A stretch of DNA of 64,000 nucleotides, from NCBI RefSeq assembly GCF_035084215.1, contig NC_090338.1, positions 9,114,001 to 9,178,000 of the forward strand. The letters are read 5' to 3'. Position 1 is the stretch's first letter; each line of letters starts with the position of its first letter. Below the pieces are notes generated by a model. That model was not told the origin of the DNA. It was given only the letters and a program-made list of their open reading frames with translations, and made no database searches. Positions 1-12,539 of this stretch are shown here, piece by piece. The translations under genes were made by a program, and so were the position numbers. The stretch comes from Heptranchias perlo (lineage: Eukaryota).

Positions 1-4
1 ACTG

Positions 5-78
5 ACTATCTATCTATCGATTGATCAATTGTTTTTGCTCGGTCTCTCTCTAAATATATATATATATATTCTATCTAC
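5..78. repeat. Compound microsatellite (CTAT)n/(CT)n/(TA)n
   Basis: ctatctatctatc, tctctctctc and atatatatatatata runs read directly. Confidence 0.7.
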
Positions 79-794
79 TAGTAGAACGGATTTGTGTATA
101 CATTTAAGGCAACGTGACTATAATCTGCAAGTCTAAATAATGCAAACAATATACATACTAAAAGAATTACATTGCTTATTATGTAGTGTTCAGTGCAGAA
201 TTAACTCTGGTCCCTTCGGGAATTCTGCCAAAGGTCCATTGAAGAATATTTCAAGCCTCATTAGGTTTGGACATTCAGTGGGAACTCCGGGAGGCAGTTT
301 TCACGCGAGTGCACAATAATGAGTTTAATAAGTTAATTACAAGTGCAAAAAAATCACAATACTGCCGAATATGCAGAATGTTTCTAAATGTAATAGTAAC
401 GATTTTATTTCCTATGCTGGTCGTATCAGCTGATTGTCCATCTCGAGGAGCTCGATTTTCATACACGTGAAATAAATTTACTGCTTTAGGAAAGGTCATT
501 AGTAATAGTCTGTTAATATTAGTGGCTACATCAGTGACAATATAATATCATCAGCGGTCATATTTTTTATGGAAAACAAGTATTCTATTTATCTGCATTT
601 AAAGCACATGGGAAGAAGGGTGAGCAAGATGTTTTGTAATATTTCACAATGCATAATTCTAGGGATTCGTAAATTCAACATCTGGGAGCATAAATGAATT
701 TGTTGATATTTGAAAACTAGAAACATAAGACAGAATCTTGATGGCTGGTTACAATAGCATTTTAATAGTACTGTATCTTTAAGACATACCAAAC

Positions 795-880
795 GTTCTG
801 CGCTGGATTTCTCCCTGTTGCTGTCCGCCACTGAGTACTGAAATGTGAGTGGAGAGCCTGCACACCCTCCACACAAAGAA
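795..880 (+). promoter_or_regulatory. Divergent CSE-like promoter block of Pcdh exon 1
   Basis: tgttgctgtccgccactgag..tgaaatgtgagtggagagcctgcacaccctcc aligns with tgtcgctgtccaccaatgaggtgaagatgttgagctggagatccagcaccactccc of the other four promoters; about 370 bp upstream of the ATG. Confidence 0.6.
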
Positions 881-1187
881 GCCACCTCTACATACATACA
901 CACAGCGCGCTGTGCTAACTAAAGTACAACATCGGAATTACAGATATCATTACAGTGCTACTGTCCACGTTGAGAGCAGATGGGAACAACGCTCCAATAA
1001 AAGGGAACATTTCCAGAGGACAAATGATTTTACTGAAACTATGTAAGAAATCTGAAGAATATAATGCATTCATTTAACCGCATTTGGAATAAGTTATCAG
1101 CCATTAAGTTCTGCCCGTGATTTTTTTTCACAAATTCTGTCAATAGTAATCAGAAGGCTGCAATATCTGCCCCCGACTGCCGTGGAA

Positions 1188-3752
1188 ATGATGACTGGAA
1201 AAGGATCGTGGACACTAACAAGGCAAGTGTTCTGCTTTATTGCTGCGTCCTGTTTTACTGATTTGATATCTGGACAGATTCGCTATTCAATTCCCGAAGA
1301 ATTAAAGCACGGCGCTTTTGTTGGGAATATTGCTGACGATTTGGGTTTAGATGTTAGTAAGCTATCAGCCAGAAGACTGCGCATCATTTCTGGTGCTACA
1401 AAACAATATTTGGAGGTAAATTTGGGCAATGGCATTTTGTTTGTGAATGAAAAAATAGACAGAGAGCAGCTCTGTGGTCTCAGCTTCACTTGCTTTCTGC
1501 ATCTAGAAGTTGTTATCGAAAATCCTCTCGAACTGTATCGTATTGAAGTGGAGATTCTGGATGTAAATGATAACTCCCCAACTTTCTTGAAGAAGGATCT
1601 CGCTTTAGAGATTATAGAATCTGCTTTGCCAGGCACGCGTTTCCCTCTCGAGAGCGCTCACGACCCAGACGTGGGTTCCAACTCTATCCGCACCTACAGG
1701 CTGAGTCCCAATGAACATTTTATCTTGGATGTGGAGACGCGGGGCGATCGTAGTAAATTTGCAGAGTTAGTGTTGGAGAAAACACTGGACCGAGAGCAGC
1801 AACAGATCCATCAATTGGTTCTGACTGCCGTTGACGGTGGAACCCCGGTTCGGACTGGCACAGCCCTGATCTCTGTCATTGTCTTAGACGCTAATGACAA
1901 CTTACCTGTCTTCGAACAGACAATTTACAAAGTTTCCTTGGAAGAAAATGCACCCAATGGGACATTGGTACTTAAATTAAACGCCAGCGATTTGGATGAA
2001 GGCTCCAACAGTGAGATAGTATATTCTTTCAGTAGTCATACTCCCCCGAGAGTGTATGAGCTGTTTAGTGTGGATTCCCATACAGGTGAAATTAGAGTTA
2101 AAAGCGTTGTAGACCACGAAGAATTGAATGTTTACGAAATCTATGTACAAGCCAAGGACAAAGGCGGCCCCTATGCAATACCTGTGCATTGCAAAATTCT
2201 AGTGGAAATAGTTGATGTAAATGATAATGCGCCTGAAGTGATCCTGACTTCATTATCAAGCCCAGTCATGGAAGACGCCATGACAGGGACAGTAATTGCT
2301 CTCATCAGTGTTACTGACCAAGATTCTGGAAAGAATGGGCAGATCAATTGTGAGATCTCTCAGGATGTCCCATTTAGACTACAATCGTCTTTTAAGAACT
2401 ATTACACATTAGTTACAGCCGACCTCCTGGACCGTGAAAGAGTTTCAGAGTACAACATCACAATTATGGCCATCGACTCGGGATCTCCTTCACTTTCTAC
2501 CAACAAGTCTATATTTCTAAAGGTTTCAGACGTGAATGACAACGCGCCAATGTTTTCGAAGCCTTCCTATACAGTATATGTCACGGAGAACAATGCACCG
2601 GGCGCTACTGTTTGTTCCGTGACAGCATTCGACCCTGATTCGCATCAGAATGCCTTCCTGTCTTATTCTATCCTAGACAATATGATCCAAGGATTGCCTA
2701 CGAGAACTTACGTTTCTATCAATTCGGATAATGGCAAAGTTTACGCATTACGCTCCTTTGACTACGAACAACTTAAAGATTTTCAAATCCAGATCCAAGC
2801 TCAAGATGCTGGATTTCCACCACTCAGTGGCAGTGCGAAAGTGAATGTGATTATCTTGGATCAAAATGATAACGTTCCCGTCATCGTCTCCCCACGGCCA
2901 AATAACGGTTCAGCTGCACTACAGACCGTGCCCCGATCTGCGGATCCCGGCCAATTAATGACCAAAGTCACTGCTACAGATGCAGATTCTGGGCAGAACG
3001 CAAAGCTCTCTTTTCAGTTACTACAGGCAACAGACCGTACTCTTTTCAACGTAGCGCTCTCCACAGGAGAAATCAGGACAACCCGGCGTTTCGGGGACAG
3101 AGACTTCCCTAAGCAAACGCTCCTCATCCTTGTGAAGGATAACGGACAACCATCCCTTTCAGCCACAGTCACCATCATATTTTTAATAATGGACAGCATT
3201 GCGGAAATTCTGCCTGACATCAGCGATTTGTCTGAAAATACAGAGCATAATTCTGCCTTAATATTTTACTTAATTATCACTTTAGGATCCATTACATTTA
3301 TATTCATTGTGGTCATTATTATCGTCGCTGCCATCAAATGCCACAAATACAGAAATAATGTCCATGATTGCAGCTCTCCTTTCGGGAATTGCTGTTGTCT
3401 TCAGCATTTGAATGCAGCAGATATTTTGAAAACATCTAAAATAAACTTTCAAGTAACGACTAGTTCTAAAGTGCCGCCTGACTTTTTAGAGGTCGGTGGA
3501 AGTGGGCCCCTCTCTCACACCTATTATTACAAGGTGTGTTTGACTCCCGAATCTGCCAAGAGCGATTTTACTTTCCTCAAACCATACAGTCCAACAAAAC
3601 CGAAGGTCGGCGCCAGCACTACTGACCCAGGTGGGGTCGAGCGGAATGGACATGCTCCAAAAACTTTAAACAACGATCTATCAAAGTCCAATTTCAAAGC
3701 CAAAGCTATTAAGTCTCGTAAGAGTGAGTGGGATGGAAATATATCCAGTCAG
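1188..3752 (+). CDS. PCDH: Clustered protocadherin variable exon 1 (signal peptide, 6 cadherin repeats, TM, variable cytoplasmic domain); C-type/PCDH10-like tail
   Basis: ORF 1182-3776, first ATG at 1188. GQIRYSIPEE..GAFVGNIA start, repeated DRE/DxNDN/DxD calcium motifs, hydrophobic TM (LIFYLIITLGSITFIFIVVIIIVAAI). Phase-0 donor CAG|GTGAGC at 3752/3753. Confidence 0.95.
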
Positions 3753-5864
3753 GTGAGCCATTTGTTTCTTCAATGATTAGTCTTTTTTAACTACACAGAT
3801 TTACTTTGTTTATTTTTAGGTTTCCATTTTGGGCTTTAAATCAACATCTGGCCCTTTTTTGCGTATTTACCTACTCATGTCACCCTACGCGGCAACTACT
3901 TTTCATCTAAGAAAAAGTTCTTAACTTCATGGGTTGTTTTTCGGTCTCATGTATTGTGCAGTTAATTGCGAACCTAACTTGAATTATTACTTCGGGTACT
4001 AACTTGATCTGACATTTATATACATCTAGCTGGTTCCTATTTCATATGATTTTTTGAAAACTGTTACAAAATAACACAGTTGAGCAGCCTAAAACTGTGC
4101 ATTATGGGGAAGGAATCAAATGTAAAACGGTTGCACTTAAAATGTTTTATTGATAATATTTTACGATGTACAAATCCTCTATTCATTATGTTAATGTAAA
4201 TTACAGTCTTCTAATAGGTACCATAATTGGATTGGTTGGGGTTTATATTTAACAACACATTATGTTTTCATTGGATGGTAATAAAGAGAGTGAGTTATAT
4301 TTGTCATCCATCTATTGACATTATTAAGCAGTTATGTCAATTAAGTTGACACATTATACTCTGATGTGCTAACAAGGAATGGGATTAGCTACTTTTCTAC
4401 TGCCATTTAAGGGACCGAAATGCGTTAAAATGTATTTTTAATGTGTATTCCAGTAAATAATTGATCATAGTACTATTCGATGCATCCTTAGAAAGGAATA
4501 AAGCGCATCGCATCCCATGCTGGCAAGTTCACAAACTTTCAGTGAATTAAGTATAATCGGTGTCACGTGTCGAACAAATAGCTTGCCATTATTTGAAGAA
4601 CGGCAGACGACCTATGGTTCTTTAAAAAACTGTTCACCAATGCAATAATGGAGAACAAGAGCTGATAATCAACTGTAGGTTAACCAATCTAGGTAAAGGT
4701 GGATCAATAAGTTTTGAGTGAATTTGTAATTTGAATTTCTATTACTGATTCCTTCCCATGTTCAACTAGATTCTTCCATACAGGCACCAAGTCAGTTTCT
4801 AAGAGGTAAATCCAGTCAGTATTATAATCTAGTTATGCAAAACAAATCTATGTGGATGGTAGTTGTTATTAAGCAAAGTGAATAGTGTAATTTGGATGTC
4901 TGTTGAGACGCACTTACGCAAGAGTTGTGAAACCAACAGCAGGAGGTAATGTCACAAAGCTTGGTTTTCCTAATACGCGTCGATGCGAAGCCAAGTTTCG
5001 AAAGGTCCAAACAGTTTTTAAGCTTAATTTTAACTGTTATCAGAGAGCCAACCACATCATCACCTTTCTCTTAATGTTCAAGTTAATCAGGATTTGGAAG
5101 CGGGTCAGTGTAGTTCTTCGTATGTATACAATTGCACATGCAAAGCGTCTCTTTGTCCCAGTAAAGAGGGGTAATTAAACCATTGGTCCTGGTCTCATAA
5201 CGTTCTCACCGCTCTTGGCCCAGATGGCTAAGTTCCATATATATATATATATATCCCTCCGCTCTCCCCGACGGTCACCTTTATGATATTGGTAAAGAGC
5301 TTTGCTGTATTCTATAATGCTAGTCACAGAATCATAGAATGGTTACAACACAGAAGAAGGCCATTCGGCCCGTCGAGGCCGGATTATGCGCAGTAATACG
5401 TTTTATCTCCACCACCAGGTGTGCTTATTCTCCGTAACCCAGACTTTAAAAAGCCCTCTGGTTCCTCCCATTCCCCTCAAGATATGGATCTTCAAATGTA
5501 CCATCGTCAATTGTGAGCTCCTAAATCTTTGTTAGTCCCAATTCACTTTTCATTGTCATTGTAATTTTGCTGCTGTTCACATTATCCCAAAGAAAAGTGA
5601 TTCTGCTTACACTTCCAATTATCCATCTTTTGCTTTTATATTGAATCTCTTTCTGGTTAATCAAATTGAGCTTCTGTTTGCCCCGTTCACTGGGTAGGCC
5701 AAACACATATATCTTACAGGCATATACCGAGTGCATTAGGATCAGTCGATGATTATCGATGGCATTGTACAATGGTATATCGGAGCCAGTCATGATCTGT
5801 GTTTCTGTGGGAAGATCTTGCCGGTAAGTTCGGCCTGAGAGTAAGCACATATAGCTGGATTAGC

Positions 5865-6152
5865 CATAATAAACCTTGGCTCTGTGATAACACTCTGAAA
5901 TCTGAGTCAGAAGGTCTTGTGTTCAAACGCAATCCAGAGATTTGATACCTAATCTCGGCTTGCACTATAGTGCAATATTGAGGCAGAGCTGCACTGTAGG
6001 TGGTGCTGCCTTTAGGCTGAGACGTTAAACCGAAGCCACGTCTGCCCGCTCTGCTGAATGTAAAAGATCGCTTGGCACTATTGGAAGATGAGCAAGCGAG
6101 TTCTTCTGGTGCCCTGGCCAAAATTTATTCCTCAACTAGAACAAATAAAAAA
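5865..6152 (+). mobile_element. tRNA-derived Deu-domain SINE (SacSINE1/AmnSINE-like), 3' truncated
   Basis: B-box-like gttcaaac, then the Deu-type core gctgcctttaggctgagacgttaaaccgaagcc..taaaagatc..ggcactatt; homologous copies on the - strand at 10490-10880 and 36270-36600. Confidence 0.65.
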
Positions 6153-6747
6153 CACAAATTAAACTTGCAGACAAAATGGCCAGCAAGTCAGCATAACCAT
6201 TGTTCTGCACTCCAGTCTCTGCCGGCATGAGGCCTGTGCAAAATTCGGCACCTGGCCTCATCTGCACTTGAACAGCACTTAATTTTGCAGACGCCAATTA
6301 GGTGTCCCGATGCAGCTAACCGGTTTGGAGGTCAGCAATTTGGTCTGGCTGTGATGCCAGCAGTCCTCAGGTCGGTCCCGGGAGGGGTGGGAGTGGGGCG
6401 AGCACAGGCTGATAGCAGACCACAGTAGTGCAGTGGAACCAGGAGGAGCACCTCCTAGCTCCACATTCAGGTAAGTAAAGAAGACAAACTTAGCACAGGC
6501 TCCAGTGGTTTCATTCGTCAAACTGAGTGGAGCATGAGCAACGCATATTCTGCTCTGTCTTTGCCCAGTTTGGTACTGGGTTCCTGAAAAAGGCGTTAGC
6601 CCCTTCATCAGCACAAGCAAAGGGCCTACCACCCATTTTGTCAGCGCCAGGCCTACTAGGAAACCATATCCTGCCAGTATTTGCAAAGGATACCAATGTC
6701 CGATTTGATCCCCCAGCCCTAGTTTTATGCCCATGAGTTGGGGACGA

Positions 6748-7423
6748 TTTTTTTTTATTCGTTCATGGGATGTGGGCGTCGCTGGCGAGGCCAGCATTTA
6801 TTGCCCATCGCTAATTGCGCTGAGAAGGTGGTGGGGAGCAGGCTTCTTGAACCGCTGCAGTCAGTGTGGTGAAGGTTCTCCCACAGTACTATTAGGAAGG
6901 GAGTTCCAGGATTTTGACCCAGCGACGATGAAGGAACGGCGATATATTTCCAAGTCGGGACGGCGTGTGACTTGGAGGGGAACGTGCAGGTGGTGGTGTT
7001 CCCATGTACCTGCTGCTCTTGTCCTTCTAGGTGGTAGAGGCCACGGGTTTGGGAGGTGTTGTCGAAGAAGCCTTGGCGAGTTGCTGCAGTGCATCCTGTG
7101 GATGGTACACACTGCAGCTACTTTGCGCCAGTGGTGAAGGGAGTGAATCTTTAGGGTGGTGGATGGGGTGCCAATCAAGCGGGCTGCTTTGTCCTGGATG
7201 GTGTCGAGCTTCTTGCGTGTTGTTGGAGCTGCACTCATCCAGGGAAGTGAAGAATATTCCATCCTGACTTGTGCCTTGTAGATGGTGAAAGACTTTGGGG
7301 AGTCTGGAGGTGGGTCACTCGCCACAGAATACCCAGCCTCTGACCTGCTCTTGTAGCCACAGTATTTATATGGCTGGTTTAGTTAAGTTTCTGGTCAATG
7401 GTGATCCCCAGGATGTTGATGGT
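6748..7423 (-). mobile_element. 5'-truncated copy of APE-RT LINE family B (3' end)
   Basis: Reverse tail ttttttattcgttcatgggatgtgggcgtcgctggc; ORF 6861-7325 MEYSSLPW..LDTIQDKAARLIG matches the other family B copies. Confidence 0.9.
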
Positions 7424-8266
7424 GCATGCCCACATGCAGCAAGACCTGGACAACATCCAGGCTTGGGCTGATAAGTGGCAAGGAACATTCACGCCAGACA
7501 AGTGCCAGGCAATGATCAGCTCCAACAAGAGAGAGTCTAACCAACTCCTCTTGACATTCAACGGCATTACCAACACCGAATCCCCCACCATCAACATCGT
7601 GGGGGTCACCATTAACCAGAAACTTAACTGGACCAGCCATATAAATACTGTGGCTACTATAGCAGGTGATAGGCTGGGTATTCTGTGGCGAGTGACTCAC
7701 CTCCTGACTCCACAAATACTTTCCACCATCCACAAAGCACAAGTCAGGAGTGTGATGGAATACTCTCCACTTGCCTGGATGAGTGCAGCTCCAACATTCA
7801 AGAAACTCGACATTATCCAGGACAAAGCATCCCGCTTGATTGGCATCCCTTCCATCACCCCAAACATTCACTCCCTTCATCACCGGTGCACCAGGGCTGC
7901 AGTGTGTACCATCCACAGGATACATTGCAGCAACTTGCCAAGGCTTCTTTGACAGCATCTCCCAAACCCGCGACCTCTGCCTCCTAGAAGGACACGGTCA
8001 GCAGGCATATGGGAACAACATCACCTGCATAGTCCTCTCCAAGTTACACACCATCCGGACTTGGAAATATATCGCCGTTCCTTCATCCTCGCTGGGTCAA
8101 AATCCTGGAACTCCCTACCTAACAGCACTATGGGAGAACCTTCACCACAAGGGTTGCAGCGGTTCAAGAAGGCGGCTCACCACCACCTTCTCAAAGGCAA
8201 TTATGTTTGGGCAATAAATGCTGGCCTTGCCAGCGACGCCCACGTCCCATGAACGTATAAAAAAAA
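7424..8266 (+). mobile_element. 5'-truncated copy of LINE family B
   Basis: ORF 7398-7952 (QQDLDNIQAWADKWQ..MEYSPLAW); ends gcaataaatgctggccttgccagcgacgcccacgtcccatgaac plus poly-A. Confidence 0.9.
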
Positions 8267-8647
8267 CTTTCTCCCCCACACCCTTGAAACCACTGACTTT
8301 CGTATAAAATCGTTCCAGGGGCGCTAACTGCGCCCAATTGGCCAAGTTGACGCGTGCGTCTGGAGGACAATTGTTACCCGGCTATTTTGCTGAGATGTAG
8401 CACAGATAACTCAACCTTGTCTTCACGCGAAATCGACGCACATGCACTTTCTTGCGACGACCTTTACTTCCTTGGTAAGCAGGCCACTCAATCATGACCC
8501 TTAGTGAATGTGTTCGCATTCATGTTCTTTATCACCTCCTGATTTATTGAGCTAACCGTTTAGATGTTGGGGCATGACTGAAATATGTGAAGGAGGTGCC
8601 TTTATGGTCACAGCATTTTCATGTAAGGATGCTTTGGAGAATTTAGA

Positions 8648-9360
8648 CAAGGGGTGTCAAACATACCGTCCTCCGGCCGGTTCCGGACAGTTTTATCTGC
8701 CCCGCAGACTTCTCCACAGAGGCGGACTGGCTATCGGGATATTTTACTGAGCGCCCTACGAAACCATGACAGGTGAAGTTGGATCTCTCGAACTTTCTAA
8801 ACTTCAGTCATTCCCTGGGCTCTGAGATATTTTACGGTCTCCTCGCACCCCCTCTCCGCCCCGCGCCGTTGAGTTCCGCACCTCAACACCGCTCATGCTC
8901 GCTGGTCGCCCAATCGTAGCTTCACATTTTCCCGCTCCCTCCAGCCGCTAGCGCTTTTGCAGTTCGAGTTTGAGCACTCAGCTTGCGCCGGTCCTTCAGC
9001 CGCCTGCACACATTCTAAAGTGGGGAGTCGTGTTCCTCTGCTCTTGCAGTTAAATTCTGTTTAAAATTAGATATATCTGATAATAATAGGGTGGAGCAGT
9101 GAAATGGAAAAGCAGAGGTAGTTCGACGGGAAGAGATTCAGCTTTGCCCCACGTGAAAAGAGGAGCAAAACATGAAAGCTGAAAAAAAAAGTTGAGAAAA
9201 AGTTGAAAAGCTGTTTAAATGAAGCGGACTGGGATGAGGAGGCGTTAGCTACATGCATCTCTCTGAGACCAAGTACAGAGAGCTATTACACTGAGAGACC
9301 AAATACGGAGGGCACTTACATCGTGAGACGAAATCCAGGAATAAATTATTACATCCTGTA
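8648..9360 (+). mobile_element. Degenerate hAT/Charlie-like DNA transposon end
   Basis: caaggggtgtcaaac..ccggccggttccgg..ttttatctgccccgc resembles hAT-Charlie termini; the partner end was not found. Confidence 0.35.
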
Positions 9361-9772
9361 AAATGGGAATCAGACTGTCTCAGTATGGGGAATAGTCATC
9401 ATAGCGAAGCCAGGTCCAGTGAAGGTGAAAGGCGGGCAATGGATGAAGATATTATGTGGAATCAGATGAGGACTGGTGAGACCTGGTGACATGTGTTTCT
9501 CAGAAGCCCTTTTCAGACATGCTGGTGATTGAATGTAACCAGCTCATGACCTGGCCTGTCTGTTCTTATGCCAAAATGCATGCCTGATGTTCCTGACTAC
9601 TTTTTCTCTGAGAAGTTGTGATGTGAAAGAAGGGAGGAAATCGGGTTGGTGCCAGAAGATTTCTTGAATGAACAATTCATGAGGCTGTTTTGTGACTGGT
9701 CTGCCTAAGGTATAAATATGAAATGATAAAGACACGTCCAATGACAATGGCGTTGCCAATAATTGTTACAAG

Positions 9773-9943
9773 CCTAACCCCTAACTCTAATCTTTATCCC
9801 TAACCCCTAACCCCTCACCCTAATCCCTAACGCCTAACCCTAACCCCTAAACCCTAACACTTAAACCTAATGCCTAACCCGAACCCCTAATCCTAACCCG
9901 TAAACATTACACCCTAACCACCAGCCCCAACCACTAACCTTAA
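9773..9943. repeat. Degenerate (CCCTAA)n telomere-like tandem repeat
   Basis: About 170 bp of ccctaa/cccctaa/cctaa variants. Confidence 0.85.
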
Positions 9944-10489
9944 ATCATACGGTGTCAATAGTGCGGTCATTGTGATGTTACCGGTGTTGCAGGTCGGCCA
10001 CGTTGTCAATAGTCTCCAAACGGGAAAAAAAATGGTCATCCAAAGAAACCTTGGAAAAAGCTCGAAGGAACTTCCTTTATTTGAACAGTGTTGAACACAT
10101 GCTGGCAAACTCCTTCCGCCGGGAAGGTCTGAGGAGATTAGCAGCAAGCCAGATATGGACTCAAAGGTGTATTTTTATACTTTGTTTTACGAATTACCCA
10201 GCAGATTTTAGGGTGTTGGGGCCTTCAGGCTGCTTCACTGCAGCTGCAGCCAAAAAACTCTAAGGTTGATGGCAAGGAATTTAGTGTTGCTCCACCTCCC
10301 CTTTCCCTTTGGCCATTGCAAGGCCTTGCTAGGGGAGAAGCTTGCGCTAGAAGTACGCATGGGCCACATTAATAGCCCAGGGCAGGAAATTCAGGCGATC
10401 GTATTGTTCAGCATTGAGGCAGAAGGTCGTCAGGAAAATCACCGCTGAATATTTCAAATTTGACAAAGTGGATCACGAAGGAAGAACGA

Positions 10490-10880
10490 GCTTGCATTTA
10501 GATAGTGTCATTCATGTCCTAGGGCATACCAAAGCATTTTGCAGCCAATGAATTAGTGTAGGCACCGCTTAATGCGGCTAAGCGTGACAGCCGAATTGCG
10601 CACAGCATGCTTCGACAAAGAGCAATAGATTGATTGGCTAATGTTTCTGTTTTCGTGGTGTTGATTGAAGGATGTTGGCCAGAACAGCAGTGGAACTCCC
10701 GCGTCCTTTTTAAAATAAGACCATGGAATCGTTTATGTTTAAAGTCTCATTCAAAAAATAACACCTCTGCAATGAAGCATTCACCCAGTGCTGCACTAAA
10801 GTGACACCCTAGATTATATCCTGAAATAATATTTGAATAAATGTCCTTCACATTTCGAGATGAGAGTGCTACCATTGAGT
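10490..10880 (-). mobile_element. Deu-domain SINE, degenerate
   Basis: Starts with the reverse tail cttgcattta; contains gcagccaatgaa and cagtgctgcactaaagtg, matching the other SINE copies. Confidence 0.55.
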
Positions 10881-12196
10881 CATCCTGACAGTTGAAACCA
10901 GCCATTGTTGGTCTTTAAGAGGTTCTGAGACGAAGTCGAAGGAACAAAGTGTATCTGTAAGATATGATATGGCTAGATTGGTCGTAAAAGTGGATTTGAA
11001 AAGAATCTGATGTTCCCTACACCCTACCATTGGTAATGTGAGACGCACCAATGAATTACTGGGCACAAGTAACGGCGCTTGTCATAGAATATATGAAAGA
11101 CACGAATTGCTTTTGATTTTGTAGTTTACAGGGACTATAGATCTAGCAGTGATTAGGACATGGTTCGAATATCCCACTTAGACAGTTGTAAAATAGAAAG
11201 GGTTTCATCAGCTGTGCCATTGGTGCTTAGTTGGGTATTGCGTAAATATTGAATGGATCATGGTTAGATTAGGTAACAAAGATGAGACCATTGCTAGCCA
11301 AGGGGATATACACATTTGCAAGACCATGGTGGTTCCTGATAGTGCAGAGTAGGGTTATAGACTTCACCATGTAGAAAAGAAACTGAGATCCATTGTGGTT
11401 TCAGGCAAGGATCTTGGTGTGTCAGCTCTAATCAAAGCAGGACATGTGGAGCAACAGTAAGTCATGTAGCAATGTCTTTTGGTATCAAACTTGCCAGGGA
11501 ACTCTGGATAGTGTGAAACAAATTGGACTGAAGGAGGTATATCTAGTGGACACCAACTGAGGAATTTGTGGAAGCACAGCTAGAGCTCAGATTTGGCGTA
11601 CAATCCCAGCTCAACAGATACTTTATCCAGGGAACAAGTTCTTGTCCATTAAAAGATGCCCGACGTGGCCTTAAAACAAGTCTACACCACACTTCATATT
11701 AATGATATAGTCTTATGTGTCTTGCCTAATCAAGAGAAGGTCATGAGTGCACTTGATCCATACGCCAGCTGGGGCCAATGAAAAAACCAGCAGATAAGGA
11801 CAGTGTTACAGCTTATGCAGTTCCTGGACACGATCGTCAGATAGAGTATCTTTTGAGGTAGTTTGTCAAATGCGGACAGTTTTATACCACTCAGGCCACA
11901 GCCAGGATCATCGGCATGCAGAGTATGTGTCCATGATAAGTCGCAGGGTATTAGAGGTATCAGGTAATGGCGTTGTATGTCTGTTGGGAATGTTTCCACG
12001 CATTCCATCGAGTCCTGAAGCGCAGAATGTCTTGCAGGCCATGGAGAGACGCTAGGCACAGTGCATATGGTCGTCACAAGCAAAGTTATGGAATAGCATA
12101 TGGGGGGCAGGGCTTTTTAAAATAGTAAGTAATATAACAAAACATTGTGTCTCGGTTCCATTATTTGTTGCATTTGTTCTTACTGGTTATAGCACA

Positions 12197-12485
12197 CTTC
12201 TACCACCTAGAAGGACAAGGGCAGCAGACACATGGGAGCAACACCACCTGCACGTTCCCCTCCAAGTCACACACCATCCCAACTTGGAAATATATCGTCG
12301 TTCCTTCATCGTCGCTGGGTCAAAATCCTAGAACTGCCTTCCTAACATCACTGTGGGAGAACCTTCACCACACGGACTGCAGCGGTTCAAGAAGGCGGCT
12401 CACCACCACCTTCTCAAGGGCAATTAGTGATGTGCAATAAATGCTGGCCTCGCCAGCGACGCCCACATCCAATGAACAAATAAAA
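12197..12485 (+). mobile_element. LINE family B 3' fragment
   Basis: ctaccacctagaaggacaagg..caataaatgctggcctcgccagcgacgcccacatcc, the same tail as other copies. Confidence 0.85.
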
Positions 12486-12539
12486 TCAAAGATAGGGCTA
12501 AAATTGACTCTGAAAGAATAAGCTTCATGACATTTATAC

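Noticed and set aside
1738-1748. RGD tripeptides in exon 1 (EC2) and exon 2 (EC4)
   Set aside because: Not at the EC1 position of alpha-Pcdh RGD and not conserved among the paralogues
1283-3220. Antisense ORFs within Pcdh exons (also 27702-28712, 46920-49076, 63125-63535)
   Set aside because: Shadow frames of the coding strand with no independent evidence
4784-4805. 22-nt candidate micro-exon (cag|gcacca..gag|gtaaat; APSQFLR) as a first constant exon
   Set aside because: Length and sequence do not match known constant exon 1 (59 nt, DWR motif), and no compatible next exon was found
9773-9943. CRISPR-like or prokaryotic systems
   Set aside because: The sequence is vertebrate; there is no repeat-spacer array or operon structure anywhere in the window
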